Position numbers and translations under genes: made by a program. DNA of 64,000 nt from Phoronis australis (taxonomy: Eukaryota > Animalia > Phoronida), in assembly GCA_002633005.1 (NCBI GenBank), contig NMRA01000089.1:669895-733894 (forward strand), given 5' to 3'. Positions 1 through 12,400 of this stretch are shown in pieces. The notes beneath the pieces are model-generated. The model saw only the letters and a program-made list of their open reading frames with translations, searched no databases and had not been told where the DNA came from. How positions within the stretch are numbered: the stretch's first letter is position 1; each line of letters begins with the position of its first letter.

Positions 1-270
1 TTCTAGTTCAAGTTTGCCCTTGAAGACCCTTATATTCGTGCTACAAACTCGAGTAAAAACTCGAAATTTCGAGTTCAAACTCGAACTTATTGCTTTAATA
101 TTGGGTTTACAAACTGTGAACTAAGGGCAATAAATTATCTACGTAAGTTATTGTGTACTCGAGCATAGAATAATAGACAATTATCTTGATTTCGCCCAAA
201 AGTAGAGTAGAAAATGCCAAACCTAATTTCGAGTTCCATTTCGAGTAAAAAGATTGGCGACCGGGCCCTG
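1..270 (-). mobile_element. MITE family A (CAGGGCCCGG termini), cut by the window start
   Basis: Reverse complement closely matches about 58610-58870; ends ccgggccctg. Confidence 0.8.
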
Positions 271-291
271 GTGATGTTTTGATACCTTGTT

Positions 292-931
292 CATAGGCGG
301 ATTTAGGGGGGCCCAGGGGGCCAGCCCCCCCGCCCTTTGGCTGCCGCAAAAAATAAAACAGCTAGAGCGTAGGGAAATGTTGAGTTTATTAATTAACCCA
401 GGTAATTAAAATTATACGGACGAAGCAAGATTTAAATGTGTGCAGTTTTAGTGTTTGGAGGGGGGGGGCTCAGATCCAATTTCAAATGTCAAATTCGTAT
501 GGCTAAGTTTTGGCTCTAACGCGATATCCCAGGCGACCAGCAGTGGCGCTGCGCACTACGATTCCGTTTCCGTCGTCTGCTCCACAGTGCAATGAAGAAA
601 ATTTACTTCATTTTTTAAAGAAAAGGGAACCTGAGTGACGATGAAAAAACAGAAGCTGCTGGTAAGATGTGAATTTTAATCGAAGCCTTAGTGAATCACT
701 CAGAAACTCATAATTCTCTCCTTGTCAAACCTTAACTTAAGACGATTTCCAAAGCAATCCCGTCATTATTACCAACACGAAAAACGGATTTGGTCTTTTG
801 GGCATTTGAAGACTGTTTTAAATACAACAAATTTGTTATTCGGTGCTATGCGCATCTACAATCGTGGTTTGCGCAAATGCTTACAGAAAAAAATGTTGGG
901 CCCCCCTTGTGATATCCTAGATCCGCCACTG
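292..931. mobile_element. Non-autonomous DNA transposon with CAGTGGCGGATCTAGG-type TIRs
   Basis: cataggcggatttagg ... cctagatccgccactg inverted ends with G/C-rich subterminal palindromes. Confidence 0.65.
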
Positions 932-3269
932 TGTTGCAGTGCAACGACTAATTTAGTGACGTAATTGTTACACAAGCTGCTTTTGCCGTTGGGCGGTTGA
1001 GTAACCTCAAAACTAATTCAACAACAACAACCTCATGAAGATAGGCACATTTTATTTAATCTTAAGATAATAATTTTGTTTCTTAACGTGCCAGAACTCA
1101 TAATCGATAACTACAGCGAGCGGATTTGCCCAGGAAGTTAATTTATATGTTATCGATTGGACCCACCAAACATCTTGTCGTAATTCGCTCTAGCATCTTT
1201 CAACTAATTCCATTAAACTCCGCTTAGCATGTCAACATCATTTATATGTGGTTGTACTTAATTTCCACAAGTGTATATAAGTTACAAGGTCAAGAACCTT
1301 GATTTTAGAGCCGACCGTACAAGTGAATTCAACAAACGCATACGCAAGTGAATCCCTGTGAAAAGGGAGGTGTCCACCACCCGGAGTATTGGAATACTCT
1401 ACTGTTAAAGCAAATTTTTGACCAAATGAAACAAAACATTTAGACTATTCGAGGTAATCTCTTTTTACAGCGAACACTGACCTTTTGATCATACCAATCA
1501 ATGTTTTTTGATAAAAATTTCATTAGGTACTTTAATAATGCTGCTTTTATTTTGTTCAGAAAATTCAAATTGGATGGTTTGAAGTATAGTTCTATTCTCT
1601 CGGTTTCCACCTTTCTCTGATAACGCCCACAACTGGATCAATAATAATACACTCACATGTTGTTGATTATGATCCGTGATTTGAGTCAAATAATTTGCAT
1701 ATAGGCGCAATAAGTCGGATATAGTTTCAACTTCATACACAAGTGCATTGATCTAAGTGCGCGCATGCGTATTATGTACAACAGTACGTTCATTCGTTGT
1801 GTTCATTAATGTTTTTGCTCAACTTTTTCAGTGCGCGTTTTGGACAATGAAAGCGAGATTTTTGTAGACTCGTGACACTTTTTTCTGATTTTTTTTAAAA
1901 AGTTCGGATGTTGTACGTAATTTCCAGTTCAGGTTTTATCCCGAAAATGACCTCATTACCTGTAGCAGTGCTTAATATGCAATAATTCCAGACATTATAA
2001 TACTTACGTTCAAACACCACTCTAAGGGTTCTGAGTTTCTCGTTTCAAAAGTTGTCGACCGTTCGAGAGTCGATGTTCAGTGCTATAGGTAAAAGTGCAA
2101 AAGTACCTAGTTACGTCCCCTGAGATTGGCTCTGTCTAACTATTGAACTTAATGTCATGTTACATTCTGATCAAGATCGTACGCTACGATCCGCTGTTTT
2201 GTATGGAATGTCAAAGCAGCAAAGAATCAAAACCTATTTTCCCTTCAAGGCCACGTTTGAATTATAATCTTGCTAATATTTTTGAAATTCATGCCAAACA
2301 CTTACAAAGTCATGCCAAGATTTTCTGAACATCTGTCCAAGGTTTTCCAAAGATATTGTCAAGATTTCGCAGGAAATTGCCAAGATTTTCCAAATAGATT
2401 GTCATTTTTTAATTGTGTATACATTTCTGAAAATTGTGGTAAATTTTAGGAAACTCTTGGTAGTATTTCAAAGTTGGTATGATTTACAAAAGTATTCAGT
2501 TGGCAAACTTTTAATTCTTGACAAATTCATCGTTGTCTTGAAGTTCAGTCTTGGAATTTTCGCGGCCTTGGCATTCCATAGTTTTCTACCTCTTGCCATT
2601 TAGCGCCTTGAGACTCAGGTCATAGGCAGAGTGATAGGTTGCCACCGCATTATTATATTCTCACTAGGGCTATTCTCCGAACATTACGTTTCTCGTAGAT
2701 AATCTCACTGGCAGTTGCGTCATTTAAATAAAGAAACAGCACTTCCCCCAACTTCCGCCTCAACTTATTCTTTCACACACAATTGGTTGTTGTGCAAACG
2801 TGACACTGTTGAAACCGCTGGACATTTTCGGCAGGTACACATTCACTAAGTCGTACTTGGTGTCAAAATAAATGAACGCTCGTCTGATTTCGGGTACAGT
2901 GCCTCCGTTCGCATTTCTCTAACATTCTGACGATGATGTATCCTTTAACATCGAAACGTTGCATGTTGTCATATGTTGACTATTTTAATGTAGTTCTCCC
3001 TAATATGCAATATGGCCCAATCGTTATCATGTCCTTTGCTGAGAGAATCCGGTCTTCTGTCTGAATTTCAGGTGATTTATGAGCTTATCAAGAACTGACA
3101 AAAACTGGCCATTGGTTCACACAAGTTGTCTGGTGGGCCATAATTTATAGTATGAGCGTTAATTTCTGTTCTTTCCAACAAGCCCCAAACCATCTTCTCA
3201 TCGCATTAATACGCTTTGAGACCAGTTGATGGCAAGTGGGCAAATTCAAAGGTTTCTTTCGAAAACAAA

Positions 3270-3500
3270 AAACAGGAGAAACAGTTTCTGTTCAACAAAT
3301 GTCTGTCCACTCTGCGACACCCAACGCTACCTGCTCCCACATGGAATGGTGGTCCTCGCCAGTCCCAGCCCGCAAAAGAGCTCTTCAGACAGAGTTTCTT
3401 GCTGGAATATCAAGAACTCGCAAGACTTCGCGATGTGTTACTATGCATTACATGTGAAGCACGTGATCACGCCACGATCCCTAGCCGAGATTCTTCTGTA
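3270..3500 (-). pseudogene. Decayed LTR-retroelement gag zinc-knuckle remnant
   Basis: Minus strand reads TCFTCNA**HIAKSC (CX2CX4HX4C) at about 3419-3465. Confidence 0.55.
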
Positions 3501-4329
3501 CATCAGAGTATACAACTTCTCTCGCAGTAGCCTTCAGTTCGCCACCAAATTTCCTGACGTTACATGCACAGGTCACCAATAAATGTTCAGCCGTATACAA
3601 ATTGCGCATTCATATATTTGCATGCTCTTCATTGCTTAATGCCGGAGTTAGTTTTCATGGGGGGCCCCGGGCGGAACTTTTTGTCAGGGGTCTACGTCTC
3701 AGGTCTTAAAAATTAATGCTAAAGGCATGCATTGTCTACGCGCACTTTACGAAGGGCACTTTGTCATGTTCTTATGGAAGTTCGATAAAATTATGTAATC
3801 ACAGAAAAGCAAATTTAGGGAAATATTCTGATGCAAAAATGACAATTTTAGATAAAAACAAAACTGTCGCAATCGCGACCGTTGAGCGTTTTTTTCAAAT
3901 GGGATGGGCCCCTTTTTATGTCACTCTTCAACAGCAGGCCTTGGGTCTCTTGCCTTAGGACGACCTCTCTTGACCTTCCCACCTGTGCTCATTAACCTCG
4001 TACCATGTTTTTCATATGCCGGGGACTTCCTAGTTTCTTTAACTGGTGAGTGCCCTATGTTTGGTCTTGTGTGTTCTGTGATTGCGTGTCACGGCCCGAC
4101 TGTGTCCGTAGGTCTTGTTGTTTCCTACGCTTGAACACTGAATTCTGCTGGTACTCAGTACAGCTTCTAGCTGCCTTCATTTGTCAGTTCGTCTAATCCT
4201 CTCAGTTGTAGGGATCATTCCGAGAATCTCTAAATTGTTTACTCTGCGTGGTTGCGTTGTCAGTGTTCTCTCGAGTGGTCTTCAGTTATTTCTGTTTTGT
4301 ATTTTTTTCTTGCATCTCTCTATGTGTGA

Positions 4330-5160
4330 GTCCGTGTGGTGGAGTGCCAAGTGATGCAATGCGAATAACATTAACTTTGAATTTGCTTGAAGTCGAAAAT
4401 GTTTCAACAAATTGAAAGGAGATCTAGAAAAGGTTCTTAATTTACTGTCTTCAGGACATTCGTTTGTAGATTATTTAAACGATATTCGACCGTTGTGGTG
4501 GTGCGTTGTACAAATGTATGAGTTGAGGAACAGAGAATTCTCTGAGAGTTAGTAGGCTTAGTGATATCTGGCAACAGCGTGATGACATTAATGATGCTCA
4601 ATGTTTTGTCGAAAAAAGGTATTCGGATGTCACTTCTGAATTATGTGGCCTAACAATTAGACGATCCCGTTTTTCGCAAAAAGATTTCTGAAATTTTGTC
4701 GAATGGCTGTCTTAATTTTATAATCATATGTGAATATTGAACTATGGCTAGGACTGTTTTGAATATACAAACCGGAATAATATTAATGCGCGACCACGAC
4801 TAATAGACATTAGGACACTCGCAATTTTATTTAGAGAATCCTTGGAGATTCGCAAACTCTCAGATTAGAAAATATACTGATCATTTACGTATATTGCTGA
4901 GAATTAGAGTGACAGATTTCTCTAGAGGACGCGAACTATGCGGTTTTGACAAATCATATTTGCGCCGGAGATGTAGGTAACTATGCTTTAGTAAAGTAAC
5001 CGATAAATGAGGTTATCACAGAATATGCCGTCTTTCCACGTAACATAGACAACATCTTTAACATGAATACTCATAAAATACAGTGTTCTAGAGATGAATC
5101 CTTTTTTCTTGACGTTTCCTATTGAAAATTATTAGGTAAAAACTATGCACTATTGCAAAA
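4330..5160 (+). mobile_element. Highly decayed LINE-like 5-prime remnant
   Basis: Weak ORF1-like NSLRVS and endonuclease-start-like CGL fragments; many stops. Confidence 0.3.
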
Positions 5161-6937
5161 AGAAGAAGACAAAGAGAAAATAAAATCTTTGGGGATAAAA
5201 ATTAAAATTTAGTGACACAAAATGACTTTGATAAATCATCAATCATGGATGGATGATTGGACAATGCAAACAACCATCAAGAAGACTGCAGACGTTGAAT
5301 ACGATCACCGGTCACCTGGATCGAATACGGTAAAAAATAAGACATTAAAGAAAGAAATTAAGCAAACAAAAGACGTAACTAATGTCACCTCTAAAATGCT
5401 TTAATTGGACGATTTGAAGTTATTAATTAAATTGGAAGTCCATGGGTCTCATTTAACATTCATGTGGGATACGACATCGAGGCTAAGCCCTTTAAAGGTA
5501 TGATCTGTTGTTTGTACTTGATTTTAATTTTTGGTTTCGTTGAAAGCTTCATCAAAAAGGGCTTCAGTGGCTTCGGTAACAAATAGTCAAATATTATGCA
5601 GAAAAGCTCATACGTGGCATAATAAATGAGTATCTTATCCGGAGTTACATGTAACTGATCTAGTGCTTTTTAAAACAATTTCCTCAGACCGGGATCAGGC
5701 CAATAGAATCCACTTAACCATTGGATGCCGAGGCATGCTAAAGTTCCGTGGTAGTTTGGGCTTAGTAATAAACGTTAGGTCTCTGAAAAATGGCGATCTA
5801 AGACTGAGGTCGGCTTTGAGGAGCACAAATGACACGCACGGGTTTTATAAGAAGCTTTATGATGAAGCAAAAATGTTAGTTGCGTTACGTATTACCATAG
5901 AACTTGCTTTTGAATGAATGAAAAGAAGTTAACACGACAATGATTGACACTCTAGTGAACACTCAAAAACGAAAACACTAAAGCTGATCACTCATTGGTC
6001 GAAAGAGTTGGGGTAAGCCTACTTGTACCTATCCAGGCCTAGGCCCAGGCATTGTGTCGTGCGGCCACTCGTTCTTTTATGATAGAAAGTACTGAATGAT
6101 GAAATCACTGTAGACTCTGGCGTTGCCGTTGCTGAGCGTAAAGCAATAATATTTGTCAGGTCTCGAGACCAGAACCTAGCCTGACAGTGATCTCGCTTTC
6201 TACCTAGCTTAGTTAGCGTTCTCAGTTCAACTTCGATAGTGACTATGTATAATTTTTGACATCGGCCTATTTTCTTGAAAAGATGTTTACTTGGATGATT
6301 TTGATCTCAAACTTCTTCTTTCTTCTCATTCAATTTCCCTAAATTGACTAACTACAACAAGTAAACTCTTGAAAGTCTTATCACACTAAATGAGGATGAA
6401 TTTAAGCTAAAAGTGTGAAAATAATACAACGCCAGGTGAGGACGGATTCTCTGTTGAGCTGTTCAATTATTTCCAATGGAGGATCTGTCAAGTTAAATCA
6501 TTAACAACAGTTTTACACGCGGTGCTTTATCCCAAAGTAAACAACAAGGAGTAATTACTATAATTCTCAAAGTGAAAAGGCGAAGAAAATATTTACCCAA
6601 TTAGAGGCCTATGTTTTTGCTCAGTACAAGCCTCAATGAACTCTCGGACACAATGTATTATTGATATTTTAATTTACAAAAATGAAACCGGTTATGTAAA
6701 AGGATGATTCATTGGTGAAAACACAGGAATAATTTATGATATGAAGCTTTAATTTCAATTTGTTTGTAGAATAATGGGGCTCGGACTGACATTGTGTTAT
6801 ACAACACGGTTTAGAGATACTCTTTCAGCATCATTTTAGTTACAAACTTCATAAAAAAATTTAATGCAAAATAGTTGAGTTGAAACATAAGCCCAACTAA
6901 TACTAATTGAATGCAACTCCAAATACATTCAAATTAA

Positions 6938-7418
6938 AGAGGCATGGAACGTGAAAGCTTGTCAAAATATCTTTTAAACAATTCTTGGCGAAAATATCTT
7001 CTTGAAACGTCTACTACAGAGTTATTCACTTTCCCTATGAAGAAATTTCCAGAAAAAATAACAAAATTCACGATTTTGGAATACGCGCCAAGGAAAAACT
7101 CTATAGTCACCACATAGTTTTTAATCTGCTTGAAGTCGTCATTGCTTAGTTTACTTCAAAGGTCACATTTTACATAATAAGGGAAATGTGCTACGCCATA
7201 CCGAATAAGGAGACGTGCTTCGTCTGTGGGAGAAAAATCGACGACGTGGCGAGCAGTTGAAAAGTTGTTCTTTTTGAAAATTGAAACTAAAAATTGCTTT
7301 GATATCAAGAGAAACTTTACGAACACAACCTAAAAATACCTGGTGAACAGATTGAATTCAGTGGGGGAGAACCACTTTGAATATGCAATTAAGTCTGTTT
7401 TTCGCGTTCTAAGCCTCT
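6938..7418. mobile_element. Kolobok-like MITE
   Basis: ttaa|agaggcatggaacg ... cgttctaagcctct|ttga. Confidence 0.6.
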
Positions 7419-7688
7419 TTGAACTTTTTATAGTTTAATCAATATTTGGTGGTGTACAACCACCTAAAATGGCTGCCGTAATGAGTGACAGAGGACTATT
7501 ATATTACTCACTGAACTGCCGCCATATGTAATGAAGTCTTCGCGCGAACTCGTCTACATTAAAAAATTTAAAAAGAAAATAATAGTAAAATAAGACAAAC
7601 ACAAAAAGGCCTGAAAGATGCGAAACGACTATATTTCATATATATGTGTTAACTGACGAAATTCTCCCAATGCTCTGAATTGGTGAAT

Positions 7689-7763
7689 CATGGGCGGCGC
7701 AACATAGGGGGCTAGGGGGGGGGGGCTATAGCCCCCACTTTATTCAGTGCTGGGCCGCCCATG
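7689..7763. mobile_element. 75-bp MITE family B (CATGGGCGGC TIR, 5-bp target site duplication TGAAT)
   Basis: tgaat|catgggcggc ... gccgcccatg|tgaat. Confidence 0.75.
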
Positions 7764-9326
7764 TGAATGCAGTGGAAAGTGTACCGTGTATCTAAGTATA
7801 TTGGAGTTGGCATCAAATGTCGGAAAGGGTTCCCCTTTCTCCTTACGGTCTTCATTGGATGCGTGGAAATCGTGGAAAGGGTGTTTAGAAATGATAGGAA
7901 TATAAAGGAATACAAATAGGTGACAACGAATAAATAATTTGTAATACACACATGATTTTGTGATATCTATTGACAGGTCGAAAAATTCGCTCAAACGGTC
8001 TTTAAATCTTTTGGACCAACTTCGGAGCTGAAACTTAACATGGAGTAAGCCGATTACTTATGGATCGGTGTTGAAAAAATGAGTGGCATGCCCAGTCAAT
8101 AATCTCTCGTGACAGTTATCTCAATTTACCTTGTTGGGAATAAATTTCAGCGTTAATCCATGTGAGATTCCTAAATTAAAGTAAATAACCGAAAAATCAA
8201 TAAATTCAAAACGTCTCAGCGACGTGGTCAAGAAAACATTAACCCACCTGGACAAAATTAGTGTCATAAAATCCTGCTCGTACCAGAATCAGTCCAATTT
8301 CATAGCGTGCCATCACTATCAGCAGAAGAACTGGAATTTCTGGAGCGTACATGTATACTTTATTTGGCTGAGTGCGACTGATAAAACGAAAAGAACTGAA
8401 ATTATTCGCGTTTTTTTACACAGCGGTTGCAAAATGTTTCACATCGAATTGTTTTTTAAACCTTTCAAATCATCCTGATTTAAAAGACCAATATTAAGTG
8501 GTTATGGCGAATTTCGGAAATGTCTATTGTGGCAGCGCAATTCTTTGAGAAGTTTTCACTATTTACTTTTTGGCGATGCGTTTTAGAACCTAAGTACAGA
8601 AGACAATAGAATGTGTTTTGATTTGCGGTTTTCAAACATGTGACACAAATTAAGCGTTTCCACACTGTTGATTTCCATATATTGTTGTTAATATTCAAAT
8701 ATTTCTGTTTTCAGTAAATTGAAATATGACAAACGTTTGGCAAATCTCTGGCGGTATATATCATATTTACCTAAGGTTGTTGATGAAAATTTTTGGTCTT
8801 GTGAAATTGCCCATCGATTGTGTCCTCAGTACCATAAGTTAAAAACAAATTAACTTTTTGATTTATCCAATGAAAGAAGAAAGAACTTGAAAAATTGCAC
8901 GCATTTACATAACCAGTAAACGAGAACATCTTTTCTGGTTCTTCCCTGCAAAACTGCACATGCGCGAAACGAATAGCACAGCTATGGGCTGTCTTCCACT
9001 ATCCGTCAGCGAAAGAAGCTATTAAAAATGCCTCTGATTTTGTTTCAAATTTTGTTTATTTGTACAATTGGTTAACCAAAGACCTATAAACAAATTTTCC
9101 TGGTTTGGCAAAAGTAAGTATCGGAGGGATTTTTGACAAAGTAACCATTTTTTTTCTTTCTTTAAGACATTCACTGAATTAGATTAGGGTTGCAGTACTT
9201 TATACTCCTACACTGCTCGCTATCCCGTAAGCCTACCAAATTTTGAGTCTGTGATCGGCTAAAATCAAGTTCGATTCAGCCGCCAGGTAGCAGTTTGACA
9301 GCTTTGGTATTACTGAGCCACAAATC

Positions 9327-9434
9327 ATGGAAAACGAAGAACTAGAGTCGGTCAAGCTGAGGTTTTTGGAGGAATCATTCGAAAGCGAACGAATGAAATC
9401 AGATTCTAATGTTACAGATACGAGTATAGAACAA
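9327..9434 (+). CDS. FNTB: FNTB exon 1
   Basis: MENEELES...TDTSIEQ, then gtatgt donor. Confidence 0.85.
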
Positions 9435-12400
9435 GTATGTGTGTTTCTGCAACTGCTTTGGCTCAGCTCCCACTGATAGCAATCTCAATCCATGTGCAGC
9501 GCTCGACACAGGTGCCTGTTACTCGACACTGTCACAGGCGAAAATACCCGCTCGAAAATACTTGCAATGAAAAGTTACCTAGTTCAAGTTTCGAAGTCGG
9601 TACCTCTTGCTTCAATGCCAGGCGTCCTAAATAGTCGGCCAAAGAGAAATTTCCTGTCGGCGAATGATATAAGAGGCCTTTATATTAGTACACCATCGCA
9701 GATTCACCACAATACGATTATGAGTGACAGCATACTGTACTACTGGTATTTCCTGATTTGCCCTCGTAAAAATAATGACCAATTTCAAAGACCATGGGTG
9801 ATTAGGACTGAATGACTCTTTAGATCAGCGTGTAAGAGACCACGCCTCAATTTTCAGGCTCACGTGACCTTTACTGCCATCTATTCGTATGTTTAAATGG
9901 GAATTATTAAGAGGACACGTGAGTTCTCGAAACAGATTTGTGTAGAATGCTGGACATGAAGGCCGGGTTTAGAGAGCCAGAGGGTGTGCTTGTTGTCTGA
10001 ATGTCCACTCCACGCCCGTTCAAAAAATACGAATGGATTAATTTCCTACCCCTCGTATTTACGCGCGTGTACTCACGAGTCTTGCATGTAGGTTGCTTCT
10101 GATGATTCCAAGATGAAATCTGTAGCTTCAGGCTTACCTTGGTAAAATGACCCTCTTGCATAGAACTCTAACCTGCTGAATTATGGAAAGTAAGAAACAT
10201 TTGCTGCTGTGACAGTATTTAAAGCAAAGATGGATATTTCATGAACAGAAAATTTTGTATAATTTTAATCGGTAATACTAGNCAATGCCAGGCGTCCTAA
10301 ATAGTCGGCCAAAGAGAAATTTCCTGTCGGCGAATGATTATGAGAGGCCTTTATATTAGTACACCATCGCAGATTCACCACATTACGATTACGAGTGACA
10401 GCATACTGTACTGGTATTTCCTGATTTGCCCTCGTAAAAATAATGACCAATTTCAAAGACCATGGGTGATTAGGACTGAATGACTCTTTAGATCAGCGTG
10501 TAAGCGACCAAGCCTCATTTTTCAGGCTCACGTGACCTTTACTGCCATCAATTCGTATGTTTAAATGGGAATTATTAAGAGGACACGTGAGTTCTCGAAA
10601 CAGATTTGTATAGAATGCTGGACATGAAGGCCGGGTTTAGAGAGCCAGAGGGTGTGCTTGTTGTCTGAATGTCCACTCCACGCCCGTTCAAAAAATACGA
10701 ATGGATTAATTTCCTACCCCTCGTATTTACGCGCGTGTACTCACGAGTCTTGCATGTAGGTTGCTTCTGATGATTCCAAGATGAAATCTGTAGCTTCAGG
10801 CTTACCTTGGTAAAATGACCCTCTTGCATAGAACTCTAACCTGCTGAATTATGGAAAGTAAGAAACATTTGCTGCTGTGACAGTATTTAAAGCAAAGATG
10901 GATATTTCATGAACAGAAAATTTTGTATAATTTTAATCGGTAATACTAGTAGTCACTTACAGGGGTCTCGCATTTTGAGAACTAGTTCTATACAGTTCAG
11001 GACCCTTCTAAGTGTCTTTTGTCATGAAATCCGCACATTTTATGATTTAATTTACCAGTATGTGTTTAGTGACTTTTAGTTTGTCATTTGTGACTCTCGC
11101 TTGTGTGTTTCATGACTTTCGCTGCACAGTTGTTTATCATTACGTTAATATTGACATGGGTTCACTTTTAGTGTGCAGTAGAAGATAGTATACACCAAAA
11201 GTATGAAAAGTTTAAAGAAGACATGCTTTCAGATGGTCTGGAAATGAGGTAAGACCGAAACTGGCTATAAAACCACCTACAGTTGCAAAAAAAACTACTG
11301 AACAGTTACTAAACTGGTTGCAAATCATTCCTTAGCCAAAATGGATGTGAATTCAGGGCTTTAAAAGAACTGACAGTTTGTTGTTGTTTGAGATCAGGGT
11401 CTACAAGTTGGCATGTCCAGTGCCTGGGTTCTAATCTTTTTACTCGAACTGGAACTCGAAATTATGTTTGGCATTTTCTACTCTACTGATGTTAGAACTC
11501 AAGATAAGTGTCTGTTATTCTATGCTCGAGTACATAATGACTTACGTGGATAATTTATTAGTCCTAGTTTGCAGTTGATAAACCCAACATTAAGGCTAAA
11601 AGTTCGAATTTGAACTCGAGATTTCAAGTTTTTACTCGAGTTTGTAGCACAGACATAAGGGTCATCAAGTACAGACTTGGACAAGAAACTCATATTTGTT
11701 AACTATGATGTATTCAAGCACAGTCTAATAACCACTATCTTGAGTTCACACAAAAGTATCAGAAAAATTGCCAAAAATAATTTCGAGTTCGTTTCGAGTA
11801 CAAAGATTAGATTCCGAGCCCTGGTGTGTCAATTTATGTCCAGGGCATGGTTTCAAGAAAAAAGTATTGTCAGTTCTTTACAAACCAGTGTGTTGTCACT
11901 CGGTCAACGCTCAAAAGAGAGTTTCACCAATGATGCTTTAAAGATTTAAAGAACTCATATATTTGAACTATATAGGCTGTGGGAAATAAGTGGAGATTTA
12001 CCATATTTAACCTCCAGCAAGAATAGGTCACATGTCAAGATATTGAACAATGAACATATCTCCTTATTTGCAAAGTGCAATTTTGCTGAATTACTTTGAG
12101 AATTTTAATTATTTGTAACAGCATGCTCATATTGCTTCATGACCTCTTAAAAACAAAGTAATTGGCTCAAAAATCTGATTGCTGTAAAGTAAAATATGTT
12201 CTAAGATTCAAGAAGTGTTTTCTTGAAACTTAAAAATAGGTCATTCTCAGCTTTTCGCTTATTTTGTTGTTTAAATAACAACATGCACCGTTTTTGTTAT
12301 TATCCTGTTATGTTATTTGATCGAAATTTGTTGATATTTCAGAGTACCGTTGTTGGAGCGAGAAAAGCATATACATTTCTTAGTGAAAGGATTGAAGAAT

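Noticed and set aside
1000-9300. CHURC1 gene upstream of FNTB as in vertebrates
   Set aside because: I found no Churchill-like Cys/His exon by eye; small exons could have been missed
9907-10829. Twin 84-aa ORFs on the minus strand
   Set aside because: Products of the duplication around the N at 10282, inside FNTB intron 1; no protein features
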